Source of the DNA: Lingula anatina
Taxonomy: Eukaryota; Animalia; Brachiopoda
Direction: 5' to 3'
Assembly: GCA_051362555.1 (NCBI GenBank)
Contig: CM120649.1
Location: 16,382,567-16,446,566 of the forward strand
DNA: 64,000 nt
Part shown: piece after piece, positions 1 to 11,847 of the stretch
Layout of the letters: each line of letters starts with the position of its first letter
Position numbering within the stretch: the stretch's first letter is position 1
Notes under the pieces: generated by a model
What the model was told of the DNA's origin: nothing
Database searches by the model: none
The model's input: the letters and a program-made list of their open reading frames with translations, nothing else
Position numbers and translations under genes: made by a program

Positions 1-1163
1 GTCCTTTTTAATTTTGTTGGGCTTGGCCTTTTCTTTTTCGAGTAGCTCTTTTTCAAGTGTGTCAGTAAGAACTGCACTGCATCGTTTTCTTCTTTTAATG
101 ATTGGACTGCGACGGTGAGCCTTTGGAAGCGGTCTTATTTCTCGAAGTGGCATTGCTGGACTTGAGCTGTTTTGGGGTTTTCTTAAGTGCGCTATAGTGT
201 GCTGAAGCACCTCTTCTGGTGAGGGCCAATGAGATTTCAACTGGATTTTTGCTTAAGTTACAAGGTGAATGTTTGTCTTTTCTGGCGGATTTTGTACCCT
301 CGTTCACTAAACATTAACAGCAACCCCCAATCCATTACACAAAGCAATTAAAACCATATCGGCAAAATTGGTGTTGTATAGTTTATCCATAACGTTGGCT
401 CTCATGTCAGCTAGAATATTTTTATTTTTGCCGCAAAAAACAGAGTAATAATCGACATTTCCTTCCACTTCTAAAAGCAATTAATCGCAAAGAGCAACAG
501 TGGACATGCAGACCCCTTTTCGACCAAACAGCTAGCAACTGCATTTAACAAGCAGTGACCATCCCCCCCCCCCTTGTATTTTCTACACGCATGTACATTC
601 CGGCACCTTGGAGATGTTCTATCAGCTGGATTTTGACTCCAGTTGGAGTTGTACTGGGTGCGTCGCTACTCTCTTCAAAGTTGTAAATAAAACATTTAGA
701 GAGATAAAAAAACAATCGAAAAACACCGTGCGGGGTGAGTTGGAACACCCCTGACAGTGTTCCAACTGACCCCATGTCAAATGTTCCGACCAGCCCCCAT
801 GACATCATGACCTACTTATGACATTGTATTTCTTTAACGCGTGTGAGGTGATTAAAAAAAACTACAGCTTTTTGAACATCAAGGTGGTCCTAAACCCTAT
901 GCACAATTTCAGTGATATAATCCTTATACTTTAGTTTACAGCACGATGAATGTCAAAAATATGAAAACTTACTTCGAGTGGCGAAAATACGTTTTTTTCG
1001 CATAAAACTTTTACCGCATTTTCGCAACTTCCAAAAGTTTCCCGGATTAAAGTTCATGCCATGTGACATTTTTATGCTGAAGGAGCACATGATCGGTCTC
1101 GTGATTTAAGAAATAAAGCCAATGTTCCAACTTACCCGCGTTCCAACCCACCCCGCTCTCCCC
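1..1163 (-). mobile_element. DNA transposon end (TA target, subterminal GGGT..GTTGGAAC repeats) carrying a frameshifted OTU-like cysteine protease; runs off the window
   Basis: The minus strand begins TA|GGGGAGAGCGGGGTGGGTTGGAACGCGGGTAAGTTGGAAC at 1163, and the motif recurs at about 731-797. Internal translation across frameshifts: VENTRG/DGHCLLNAVASCL..EVEGNVDYYSVF..YNTNFADMVLIALCNGLG..ISLALT..AHYSAL. Confidence 0.6.
180..630 (-). pseudogene. Degraded OTU-family deubiquitinase-like domain
   Basis: Cys box (G)DGHCLLNAV at about 535-565 and His box AHYSAL at about 185-202. Frameshifts at the G-run (563-573) and downstream. Confidence 0.6.
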
Positions 1164-1212
1164 TATTTACTGTTATGTCTGCTACATGTGTATTATCATA
1201 TGGCCTACTTAC

Positions 1213-4200
1213 TCTCGCAACTGACTGGGGCTTTGAAATTCCACGCCAAATTCTCCAAACACTCCACAGTGCTTCTTTCCTCCCCGGTTGCCGTCCTGTG
1301 CCCCTCAGCACATTGGATTGTGGCCACTGTTCCAATTATACGCGGCAGACCACACCTCATAGTGAAGGACACATTGGCTTTGGGGATGGGAGGCAGGGAC
1401 GGGCATTGCCATTGGAAGGTGAGTTTTCTTATAGATATGCATGGGTCGGGCTCAGTGGTGGTGGTCACGGTGGTAGGCCTACCCCTGGTGGTGCTTGCCG
1501 AAATGGACACTGTAGAAATGGCTGTTGGAATTGAGCTGGCTCCTGTGAAAGTAACTGTGCTGTCAGAGTGAGTGTCTGTAGAAATAGGTGCGAACACCTG
1601 AGTGCTTTCTGTAGAAATGGATGCGAGGCCTGTAGAAATAGCTGTTGGAATTGAGCTCGCTCCTGTGAAAGTGACTGTGCTGTTAGAGTGAGTGTCTGTG
1701 GAAATAGGTGCGAACACCTGAGTGCTTTCTGTAGAAATGGATGCGAGGCCTGTACTGCGTTCTGTAGAAGAAGGTGCGAACCCCGCACCGCTTTCTGTAG
1801 CAAGCTGTGTGAACACCGACATGCCTTCCGTAGGATTATTTGCTACCCTTGAGCTGCTTTGTAGAGAAATAGATGCAAACGCCATACTGCTCTCTAAAGA
1901 AACAGGTGCTAAAACCGTACTGCTCTCTTTAGAAGTAGATGCTGAACTTCCTTCTGTAGAAATGTGTGCTAATGCCGTACTGCTTCCTGTAGAAATAGAT
2001 GGCGCTAGTGACACATCAGCCAAATGAGACATCGTTGCTGGAGGTAGAACTGAAAAAAGATGCAATTATATTCAGGTTTGTGAATGACTAACCTGTACAA
2101 AAGCGTATGGCCTAATTATAACTTTCCAGATTTACTATCTGAAAAACCAATAGATAGATAGATAAACGGATAGATAGATAGATGTAGAATATAAATAGAT
2201 AAAAATGTTGATAGAAACTTTTGGAAACAACTGACGAATCCGTTCTTCATCAGACAAATTCACAAACAACAACAAATATTCCCTATCGATCATTTTTACT
2301 GCGGCCCACAGGAACGACACAACCATGAACGTTAATGCTTGGTTTCTCTCTCTTCTCTCTTTCTCTCTCCCTTTTCCTTTTTTGAATGCCCTGAATGCTG
2401 TTTTGTCTTGATGACACGTACCTGTAGAGTATACAGCTCGAAATCCACGGCGACGGAAAGCAGAATCAGCGTAGAAAAATATCCGTATTTTCCAAGCGGT
2501 TACGGCTGCCGGCAGGTCAGTGCCACAGAAGGTTTCTTCAGAGCGGGTACCGTCTGATGACACTTGGTAAATCTGTCAAAAACGTATCTGCACATTATAT
2601 AGTCTAGCATGATTTGCATGCATTCGTTGACTTTTGCATCAGTGCTTAAACTAACAATCAGCACACGAAATTGGAGATTGTAACATGGAACACAAAATAA
2701 TTATTACAGTAACAATTAACAGTTTTATTTTTAATTTTCAAAATGTGTTCTTTTTTCAATGATCGTTTTTTTCAAAATCAGTGAGCATGGCTTCAATATT
2801 CAGATCTTTAACGTTTATCATTTATATAGAGAATCTCTATTGTACCGTGGCTCCCTCTACACCAGTACCTTTATGTAATCCCACGGGCAGTCATCTATGT
2901 TGAAGTCGTCAAATTGTAACACCACGTCGTCATTCTGGTCTGCTGCACGAATGTCGTAAACGCAAATCGTATTGTTTGGGTAATTTTCGGGGTATGAAGG
3001 GGTCGTAATGGTACCTGTCCCTGCTATGAACCGGCCGCCGCAATCTAGAATATGAAATATAAAGAGCACACTGTATAGTAAAGGTCATGACAATCTATGT
3101 ACCAGTACAGAAATAAATTGAAAAAAAATAAATAATTAAACATTCTAACGAGTGGTTTTAAGGAATCTACCTGGAGAAATTTCAAAAGGTGGGGATGATC
3201 CATATATCAATCCTCCGCTATCTATAACTCAAAATCTACACAAAATGTAGATGTGAATGTTTTTTTTCAAGAAAAATAAGATAGGTATCTCTTCGAATGA
3301 ACATTCTAGTAAACACATTTTTGTAAGGAATATGATTAAGTTTCAGTTAATCGAACTAAATTTCGGCAATCCTAGCTTGCACACCGCTGACCTTTATTTT
3401 TTTATTCTTAAACTTCAAATGGTACAATTCGAAAAGGTAAAATACATATACAATCACTTTCTTTCGCACACACACACATCACACATACACGTACACACAT
3501 ACATTTATAACATCATGTAAAATGGATGAAAAGAGAACACCACAATGTGCACAACAGATAAAAAACTACAATCTCACTGAAGCAGTTAAATAATAAATGG
3601 CTAGTTCGTTTTAAATATATTTGTCCAATGTACCTGTATTATTGTTATTATTATTGTGTAGTCCTTCAGCAGTTTTATATTTTGGGGTTCTTTTTAGCAA
3701 GAACTCAACCTAAGCATCCAAAACCGGTCTCTTAAGGCTTAACCCTCCCCCCATTCAACACACACACACACAAACAAACACAAACTTTTTCAACCACGTT
3801 AGTCATAAGGGCAGGGAACTGACTGGAATTATCCTGTAGACGATTTTTCCCTCAGATTGGCCACCGTCCTGTTTGAAAATTATTTTTTCTACGCGCCTTA
3901 TTAAAATATGTTCCAGACGTGTGCTTACCGTTTCCATTGTATGCCATAAGAGTTGCATGAAAACCTTGAGAGCTGCTGCAGCCGTCCCTGTTAAAGCGCA
4001 CCCGCAATGCTGTGTTTGTCAGTATTTGTAGTGCCGTTAAGTTAGAACCCGTCAAAGTGCCACACTTCGTGAAGATTTCCTCGGTAACAGGATTCTCTAC
4101 CTGAAACAAGGGAATATAATATGGAAAAGACAGAACCCCGCTTTTAACGTGGTTGTGAGCAGTGAACGCTGGAATGTCTCAGTTACATTCCTAATTTTTT

Positions 4201-7200
4201 TGTAAATTGTTCTCGTTACATCATGAATAGTTTCCAGAAAAGTGTAATATTTCGAAAGCGGTCACGTGGTAACATTTAGATTTTGCTCTCTTACTTTTTT
4301 AATTTGATTTAATTCAATTATTATTATTATTATTTTGCTCATTTATTTACCCTCAAGTTCTCAATGCAACTACTATCACATGATGGAATCTGGCCTACGG
4401 CGAATACGTTGAACACCAACAGCAAAGCTTCGCCGTTTTCCGGCAGAATTCGATACAGCGTACACTCAAGATAAGCTCGATCGTAAAAAGATGGATATCC
4501 CGGTGACGTCAGACTCTCGCCAACGGAAGTGACATTGATCGTAGCGGGACAAGTCGGACCTGAAATGAAAGTCGTAACGATCGATCATGATGTCAGGTTA
4601 TCCCCAGAGGAAGTGACGTTGATAGTAGCAGGGCAGGTTGGGCCTTAGATAATAATTGTTGTACGTGTATCTGTTGGCATTGACTCCGAAAATAGAATTA
4701 GAGGAGCTTATTTAAATAATTACGTACAGTGTATGTAACTTTCAACTGTATTCCCGAATCACCTGTTACAAAATACATTATATGGATAGGTGTGACAACC
4801 ACGGGTTGCCGAAGCTACCCCACCCCTCTCTTCTGAGCTCTTTTTTAAAAGAAAATTAGACAAATTTAACAAATTAAAATTTGTTCTCGGTCGCCTGTAG
4901 TTCGCCGCAAGGTTGCACGTGTACCGTGTACATGGTAACAAACCTCGTTGTAAAGAAAGAAACAGAACAGAATGAGAGGTTTGAGGACGGAAGGAAGATA
5001 TGAAAGGAAGGAGAAATTAAACAATATAAAATACAGAGCACCCTAGATGAAGACGGAGAATGCGACTAAAAGGCAGAAGAAGTAGACAAAATACAGATAA
5101 TGAAGATAAGTATACGCCTACGTCTGATGATTATAACACGTGTTCGTGTCATTTAAAAAGAAGAGTACTCGACGTTATATGAAAAGTAAGACGAAGAAGA
5201 TGAAGATGCCAGAAGGCGCAGAAGACGGGTGACCAGAATAGGCACACTACTGCACCCGGTACATACTATACCTAGAGCCCTGCACAAAGGTCTTGTGAAG
5301 GAATAGTCACAACTTCTAGACTCCCAGTAACAGAAATCGCCTGACTGACAGTCAAGTCTTGCACACAGAGTACTGCCAAAAGTGGGAAATCCCGGCTCCC
5401 AGTCAGAGTACTGTATAGGCGCTGTCACTGGCTCTGTCCACTTCCAGTCGCCATTGCCGTTTCTGTCCATCGCTGATATCCAGAAATTCGCGGATACCCC
5501 GTTACTGAAAAAGGATAAAAATATTATGACATTTAAAAAAAGCCTATTCTGCGACGTGGGTAAAAAGAAAGGGGTTCATTTCTTCCTTGAGAAATGGAAA
5601 ATACTAGTAAAAAAGGTAACCTGTATTTCGATAAGTTGTGTGTGTTGGGGAGTCCTTTCAGATGCTGAACCAAGTTGTTTATCCTTATACCTATTGCAAA
5701 CGTACGATGTGAAATCGTGTACAAATAGTGTTCAAATGTGAAATGGAATACATAATCTGGCTCGTGAAGGTCATTTATTTGTTTTGTGTGAGTTACACAA
5801 GCAATCACAACCACAGACCCATGACCTATTGGGTGCATTAATATTTCTAATGCTGTATACAGTATATATTTTTCCTAGCCTAAAGAATTGTAAAGAATTA
5901 AGAATGGTATGGGTTTACGTAGTAGATTAAATGAAACATACAAAGTATATTACAGACAATATATTTTTGTCGAGGTCCCAAACTTGCATCCTGTCAAGGA
6001 CATGTTGTTTGAATCAATACGCACCTGGTTGTAAAATGAGTGGCACATTATCTTCGACAACACGTAACTATATTTACAAAGGGGTTTAATCAAAGTACGC
6101 AAAGATCAACCAAAGGAACGTTTTTCAAAACTGACGAAAAAAGGCTATTTGGTAATAAATGATTCATATGAATATCAAAGCATGAGACTCGGTCAACTGC
6201 ATAAACGGCCTGCTGAAGTGACCAATCGCTGACAACCTTTCTTTTTATGATTCTGTGATGCTTACCTATCTAAATAATTGTAAAGATTGAATCGCTCCGT
6301 GGACGATTCTATTCTGCTCAGATACCAAGTGCCAACGGGGGGAAGTGACGAACAATATGTCTTACTCTCTGCCACGGTTCTCGATGTAGTTCCTGCGTGA
6401 TAGACGTACGTGCTTCCTCGGAGACAAAAGGCCGCCAATGTGTCATTACAAGAGGCGTGGTCAAGTGCACCTGAAGTTGATATAAAAACACGCGTCAGCG
6501 TTAAAGTTGGTTTTTCTTTGTGATTTGTACTTTGGAGCCTGAGAGAGAGAGAGAGAGACTAGGAAAAAAGAAAGGAGACAAAAAATGACAAAGAGAGAGA
6601 GAGAGAGAGAGTAGCAAATCGCTGACATGCGTGTGTTCACATGTATATAAAACAAAATATATAAAAAAAGTAAAATGAAAAAAGGTCGTCCAGTGTAAGA
6701 ATTCACAGTAAAAGGAAATTGCCTTTTATAATTTTAATTGGTCAAGATACTAATGATAAAAGCTCTGAAACAAGACAGTCGACCCAAAAAAAAGCGTAGA
6801 CATTACCCATTGCCGTCGTGGGCACCGCGCTCTCTATCACCGCTGCACTCAATGCCGTGGTGGCAATGTCTACAGGTGTCCGGCACATAGGGCTGAAAAA
6901 ACCAGCACAATTTTGTGTCTCCCAGTGACACCCGCTCCCCAAAAAACAGTTCATTGCAGCACACCGATAAGTTGATGGTTCATTGGTATTCCACAGCCCA
7001 GACTCTATCTGTTCCACCATTGGTTCCACCCACTCCCAGTTGCCGCTGTCACTTCTTGTTGCCGAAATCCAGAAATACCCTTGAACTGGTAGAGGTTGGC
7101 TAATGCAAAGACAGGAAAAAATGAAATACTAACTACATGTGGGCGGTCTCGATGGGTAGCTATCGTTTTCATGTATCCCCACACTTTCACATATTATAAA

Positions 7201-8895
7201 GAATACATGTACAGACCCAGGGGCGGATCCAGAATTATTTGAGGGGGGGATTCCTCGGATGCAAAGCCCACTCAACCACCACCCCCATGGTGTGGGGTTC
7301 GAGGCCCGCTGAAAGGCCCCGAAAATTTTGATATTTAAGAGGGCAAACGGTGCCATTTGGTACGGTTTAGAATCAGCTAGTCAAAATTCTGATTTCACGA
7401 AGGAACCATTAGTGTGATTTTTTTCAGAAATCGAAGGACCTCCCCCCCCCCCAAATCCGCCTCTGGGACCCCATATACTGGATATATATGACACTGCCTG
7501 TGTCCAGGTCATTGAAAATAACTTTTAACATAGTAAAAGCAAATGAAACATGCCTTCATGTGTAGTTATTTTAAAATATCAATAAAAAAAACTCTTCAGA
7601 TAAAAATAGTGTCATTCGCCCGCTTGCACAGTCCCAGACCCTGAGTGCACTAACATTCTGGAGTGCACCTGCATGTCCTTGATGATAAGTCCATATTTGT
7701 ATTTTTGTGCTATAAATCGCTTTGTTACTACGTTTGGGGATAATAAATCATATCGATTTTCGTTTTTCGGTTTTTCGTTTTATATTGCGTGAAAATGGAA
7801 CGGGGACCACATTGATGCTTCTGTCGACGACAGACGCAGCTCCAGGTTATGGATGTACACAGACCAAGGATAGGGCTTATCAAAAGAGCAAGTGCTGTAG
7901 GTGATGACGCATGTTAGAAAAGAAAGAAGGCCTTTATATAAATCTAAAGTCTAGACAGTGACAAATTCTTTAAAGCACCTTACCTCGACAGATAACCATA
8001 AATCAGCGACCTCTCTGCGTCCGAATCTACCCTAGTTAGGTACCACGCACCGGCTGGGGACAATTCCGAACAGTAGGCCCTGCCCTGGTCCATTGTTATC
8101 CAGGCAATTTCTGTATGGTACACGTAAGGCACCCCAGGGAAACAAAAGGCGGACAAAGTGCCGTCACAAACAACAGTGGTGGATGTCAAACCTAGAAGGC
8201 ATGCAGAGGTAGAATTTTATTTTAGAATATTTTAGATAATTATTATAGATCCTGGAATGGACTTGAGATGCTCTGAGATGAATCTACACGCAGCTAAAAG
8301 GGATAAATGCACATTGAGCATCTGTCCTTTACGTGTCGACAGCAAATGAAAAATAGCCCGAAAGCTTTGGCACTTTCCCTTCATTCAGCCTCAGGTATAT
8401 CCAAAATAATTATTGAAAAAAAATAAATAACGCTCTATAAACCCGTGTTTGAGCTCGTCATTTCTAGTTTTTTACCCGTTATCTTAGGAATGAAATTTTC
8501 CAGTCCTGATCTATTCCCGTTGCGTACGAGATTGGCAGAAAAATTAGATCACGATATATACCTAAAAACCTTCTCAAAATATTTTAAGACCACGCTTTCT
8601 TGTTGCTGTAACTTTCAAGTCAGAGAATTTTTTCCACTCCGGGTATAATTTAAAGTTGAATCTGAGCAGCGGTAGCCATCGTATTACTAAAATGTAACAG
8701 GTGATGGACCTTGTACCTTCGTCGAAAAGGATGTCGGTCGGTTTTTTAATGCCATTTCTATGGTCTGTGCAAAATGAACGCATGGTGATATGGTGGCAAA
8801 CAAAAACAAGTATCTAATTGCACGTCTGTACAATTTTGGTGACAGTACTTACGTAATTGGACCCACAACAGGAGGCCCACTGCAACTACCTTCAT
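1213..8895 (-). CDS. Gene A1 (3' end outside window): signal peptide, 2x C-type lectin, 2x CUB, Ser/Thr mucin stalk, sushi/CCP
   Basis: Exons with GT-AG ends and consistent phases: 8853-8895 (MKVVAVGLLLWVQL), 7984-8191 + 6807-7099 (CTL1, FWISA..WEW..C..WETQNC..PMC), 6266-6470 + 5272-5504 (CTL2), 4351-4559 + 3929-4100 (CUB1, LTSPGYP..GFHA), 2869-3044 + 2422-2572 (CUB2, CGG..ITTPSYPENYP..C.Y.I..GFRAVY), 1213-2049 (mucin + sushi CPSLP..C..G..C..W..C). About 842 codons in window. Second-sushi and TM exons are not seen before position 1. Confidence 0.85.
1510..2000 (-). repeat. Coding repeats in the A1 mucin: 33-nt (11-aa) periodic units plus a recent 120-nt (40-aa) duplication
   Basis: ctgtagaa-like motif about every 33 nt over 1696-1927. 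1510-1629 is nearly identical to 1630-1749. Confidence 0.85.
7218..7465. mobile_element. MITE with CAG(G/A)GGCGGAT termini; relatives at 41561-41725, about 46589, 47024-47173 and about 55345
   Basis: caggggcggatccag at the left end and aatccgcctctg at the right end. A shared internal motif (agggc.aacggtgccatttggtacggtt) is also at about 46722. Confidence 0.65.
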
Positions 8896-9310
8896 CACGA
8901 CTCGGGGGGTTCCTTCTAGCGCCTTATTCGATTCTTCTAACAGTGACGTTTTATTCGCAAAATGATGTAGAGCCGAGTCAGATACATCGCGCCTGTGGCA
9001 CATGTGTTCTATTTTGGAGATATTTTATTATGGAGACTGAAATCGATTGGCTCATCATTTTAGTAATGAATACATTGGGGCTGTAAGTCGATGTGAGAAA
9101 ACCACAGCTGTTCAATTTAAGTTAGAGAAAAATGTATTTGTTACTGAAACCCAGATGATACATAAAGACAGGTAAAAACAAATATGACAATGATTGCTTT
9201 TTAGAATATAACCAAATGTGTTGATTTATGTCTGGTGATAAAGGAGCACTTGGAGTTTAAACTAACATTTGCCGACATGTCTGGTAAACATGTCAAACGT
9301 CCTTATTATA

Positions 9311-10951
9311 CAACATTGGTCAAAAAGGTTATCCCACCCCCGGTTTCATGTGCTTTTCTTTATAAACCATCACATCACAGGAGTTATAAACTATTAATGG
9401 TAATTTTCATTCCATATACCATAACTAACATGATTAGTGGTACAGAAAATGCAAACTAGCGGTTAAGATATCCATATTAAAAACCATTTATTCACATTTA
9501 TTACATTTACCCCCTCAAATCCGATGTTCCACTGTTATTTTAACGGAGGTAAAGAAATGCCCATTAAATTGAATTGACACCCCCAAATGTCACCAAATTT
9601 ACAAACATTAAGCATTAGGGTGTGCTCGTTAAATGTCACGTGTCTATTAGTGTGTGTGTTTACCGCGCACTGTAATTATCTCCTGTAGACGGCGCCAATT
9701 CTGTTTTGTGGGATATTGCCACATGTTTCCTAAAAAGCTTGGCGGAATTGGTCCGGACTATTTGGAGTTTGGTTCTTTTCTGGATTGCACACTTCAATTC
9801 ATGACACGGGCGTTCAGTAGGGTTATTATCTGGATTCAAAGATGGTTTCTCCAGCCTCAGAACAATGGATTTCTGCAACAAATCACTCACCACATGAGAA
9901 CTGTGTACAGGTGTGCTGTCATGATGAAGCCTGGACCAGCCCGAAGTCCCCTCTTGCAGATGTAATGAGGTATCGGTTGAGAATGCTAGGTTTAGTGACC
10001 CCAGAACTACCAGAACGTGGTCAACAATCAATAGGAACAAGTTGGTTTTGCTGAAGAATCGAGGTATTTTATGCCTTCGATGGTCAAATTAGGGCCCGTA
10101 GACGTGTTGCAGAATGCCCTTTGGTAGGTTTGTGCAGCATAATATAGCCTGAGGTGTCAGGTCAGTCCACCACGTTTGCAGAGAATTCCACGCCCATGGT
10201 TTCAATGCATTGTTCTTTCCGGAAAAGAACGATACTGGGGCAATTCACTGAAACATTCTCAACAAATATCTCATTCCATTTGCAAGAGGTGACTTCAGGG
10301 ATACTGCAGGCGTCATCGTGGAAATGCATTTACTCACAACTCTCGTCTGCTGAGTGATTTGTTGCAGAAACCCTATGTTCAGAGGATGGAACAGCCATCT
10401 TTGAGCCCTGTTGTTAACCTTACTAAACATTTGTAACATGAATTGAAGTGTGCAATGCGAAGGAAAACGTAACTCCTGATAATCTGGACAAACTACCCCG
10501 AGCTCTTTTGGAAGAATTGGACAATATCCCATAAAACAGAATTATTACCCTTGTTGAAGGCAGGCCGCGCCACCTACAGGAGGTAATTACAGTACGCGGT
10601 AAACACAAACGCTGTTAGACAATGAGCCTTTAACGAGCATGCTCTAATGCTAAATGTGTGAAAATTTGGTGACATTTAGTGGTGTCTTTTCAATTAAATG
10701 GACATTTCTTTACCTCTGTGAAAATCACAGTGAAACGTCGGATTTGAGGGGGTGCATGTAATGAATGTGAATAAATGGTATTTGATTTTGATATCTTTAC
10801 CGTTAATTTGTATTTTCTGTACCACTAATCATGTTAGTAATGGTATCTGGAATGAAAACCACTATTTATTACAATATTCTCCTGTGATGGGATCATTTAT
10901 AAATAAAAGCACATGACACTGAAGGTGGGACAACCTTTTTGACCAATGCTG
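9311..10951. mobile_element. Tc1/mariner-derived foldback element: two inverted 3' halves with transposase remnants, TA flanks
   Basis: TA|CAACATTGGTCAAAAAGGTT ... AACCTTTTTGACCAATGCTG|TA. Inverted arms of roughly 650-700 bp. The left arm reads HHDSTPVHS..PSLNPDNNPTERPCHELK, like the Tc1 QDNAPxH..SPDLNPIE.LW..LK motif, and the right arm carries a more decayed copy. Confidence 0.8.
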
Positions 10952-11847
10952 TATGTTGGCTCGTGGTGGAGCTCGGAATGCACCCTTCAGCATTCTTTTT
11001 TCGATGTTTAACCAATTCAAAGGCAGCAAACTACAGGGAATAGCCAACTTCACATGCTTGAACAAAAAAAGCAAATGTCTGCATCATTTTAACGCAATAC
11101 TTTGTTACTATTGATAAAATACTACTTGATATCTATGCCCAAGTGGACTTTTATTTGAGGATTTTAAGTCACAATTTAGGCTTGCACTAACCAACATTCC
11201 TAAAAATTTGAACTACATGTACAATTATGTGCGTATTATAGCGTACTTTGTCTTAAATGTAACTTTACAGAGAATTAATAATGCACAACAAACACACTGA
11301 ATGCCGCCCTCCAGACAGCTTGCACACCTAAGAGTACATTTGAAAGGATTATGGGATAAGTTTGCGAGAAACACAATTTTATATGATACACTCCCCATAG
11401 GTAATCTAATATGCAGAAACAAACGGCGGCTCCTTGTCAACAAAAATAATCTTGCACTGTATGTTGTATGTTATAAGTACCACGTTTAAGCTTGTTCGAC
11501 ATTCTCATAAAAATAAAGACTACACAAGCAAAATATGAGAGGTTTTCCCCAGACGTTCAAGATGACCATGTGGTTGGTCCTACATATCTGCTCTTCAAAG
11601 TTACCACATAAGTAACAATAACCCTTAAGGTGAAAATGAGGACTATATTTAATGTTTTTCTCCCGACTCTGCTTAAACACGTCTGGTATTCTTTTAACTG
11701 AAAATCTTGCAACTTATCTTGCATTACTGTTATTATTAGTTTGAACAAGGACGGATGTAGATCAAATATCAAAGTGATCTTATACAAAGATGCTTTCAAT
11801 AGCCGTAAAATGGTCTTTACTTTTACTCGTGGTCACACACAATAAGC

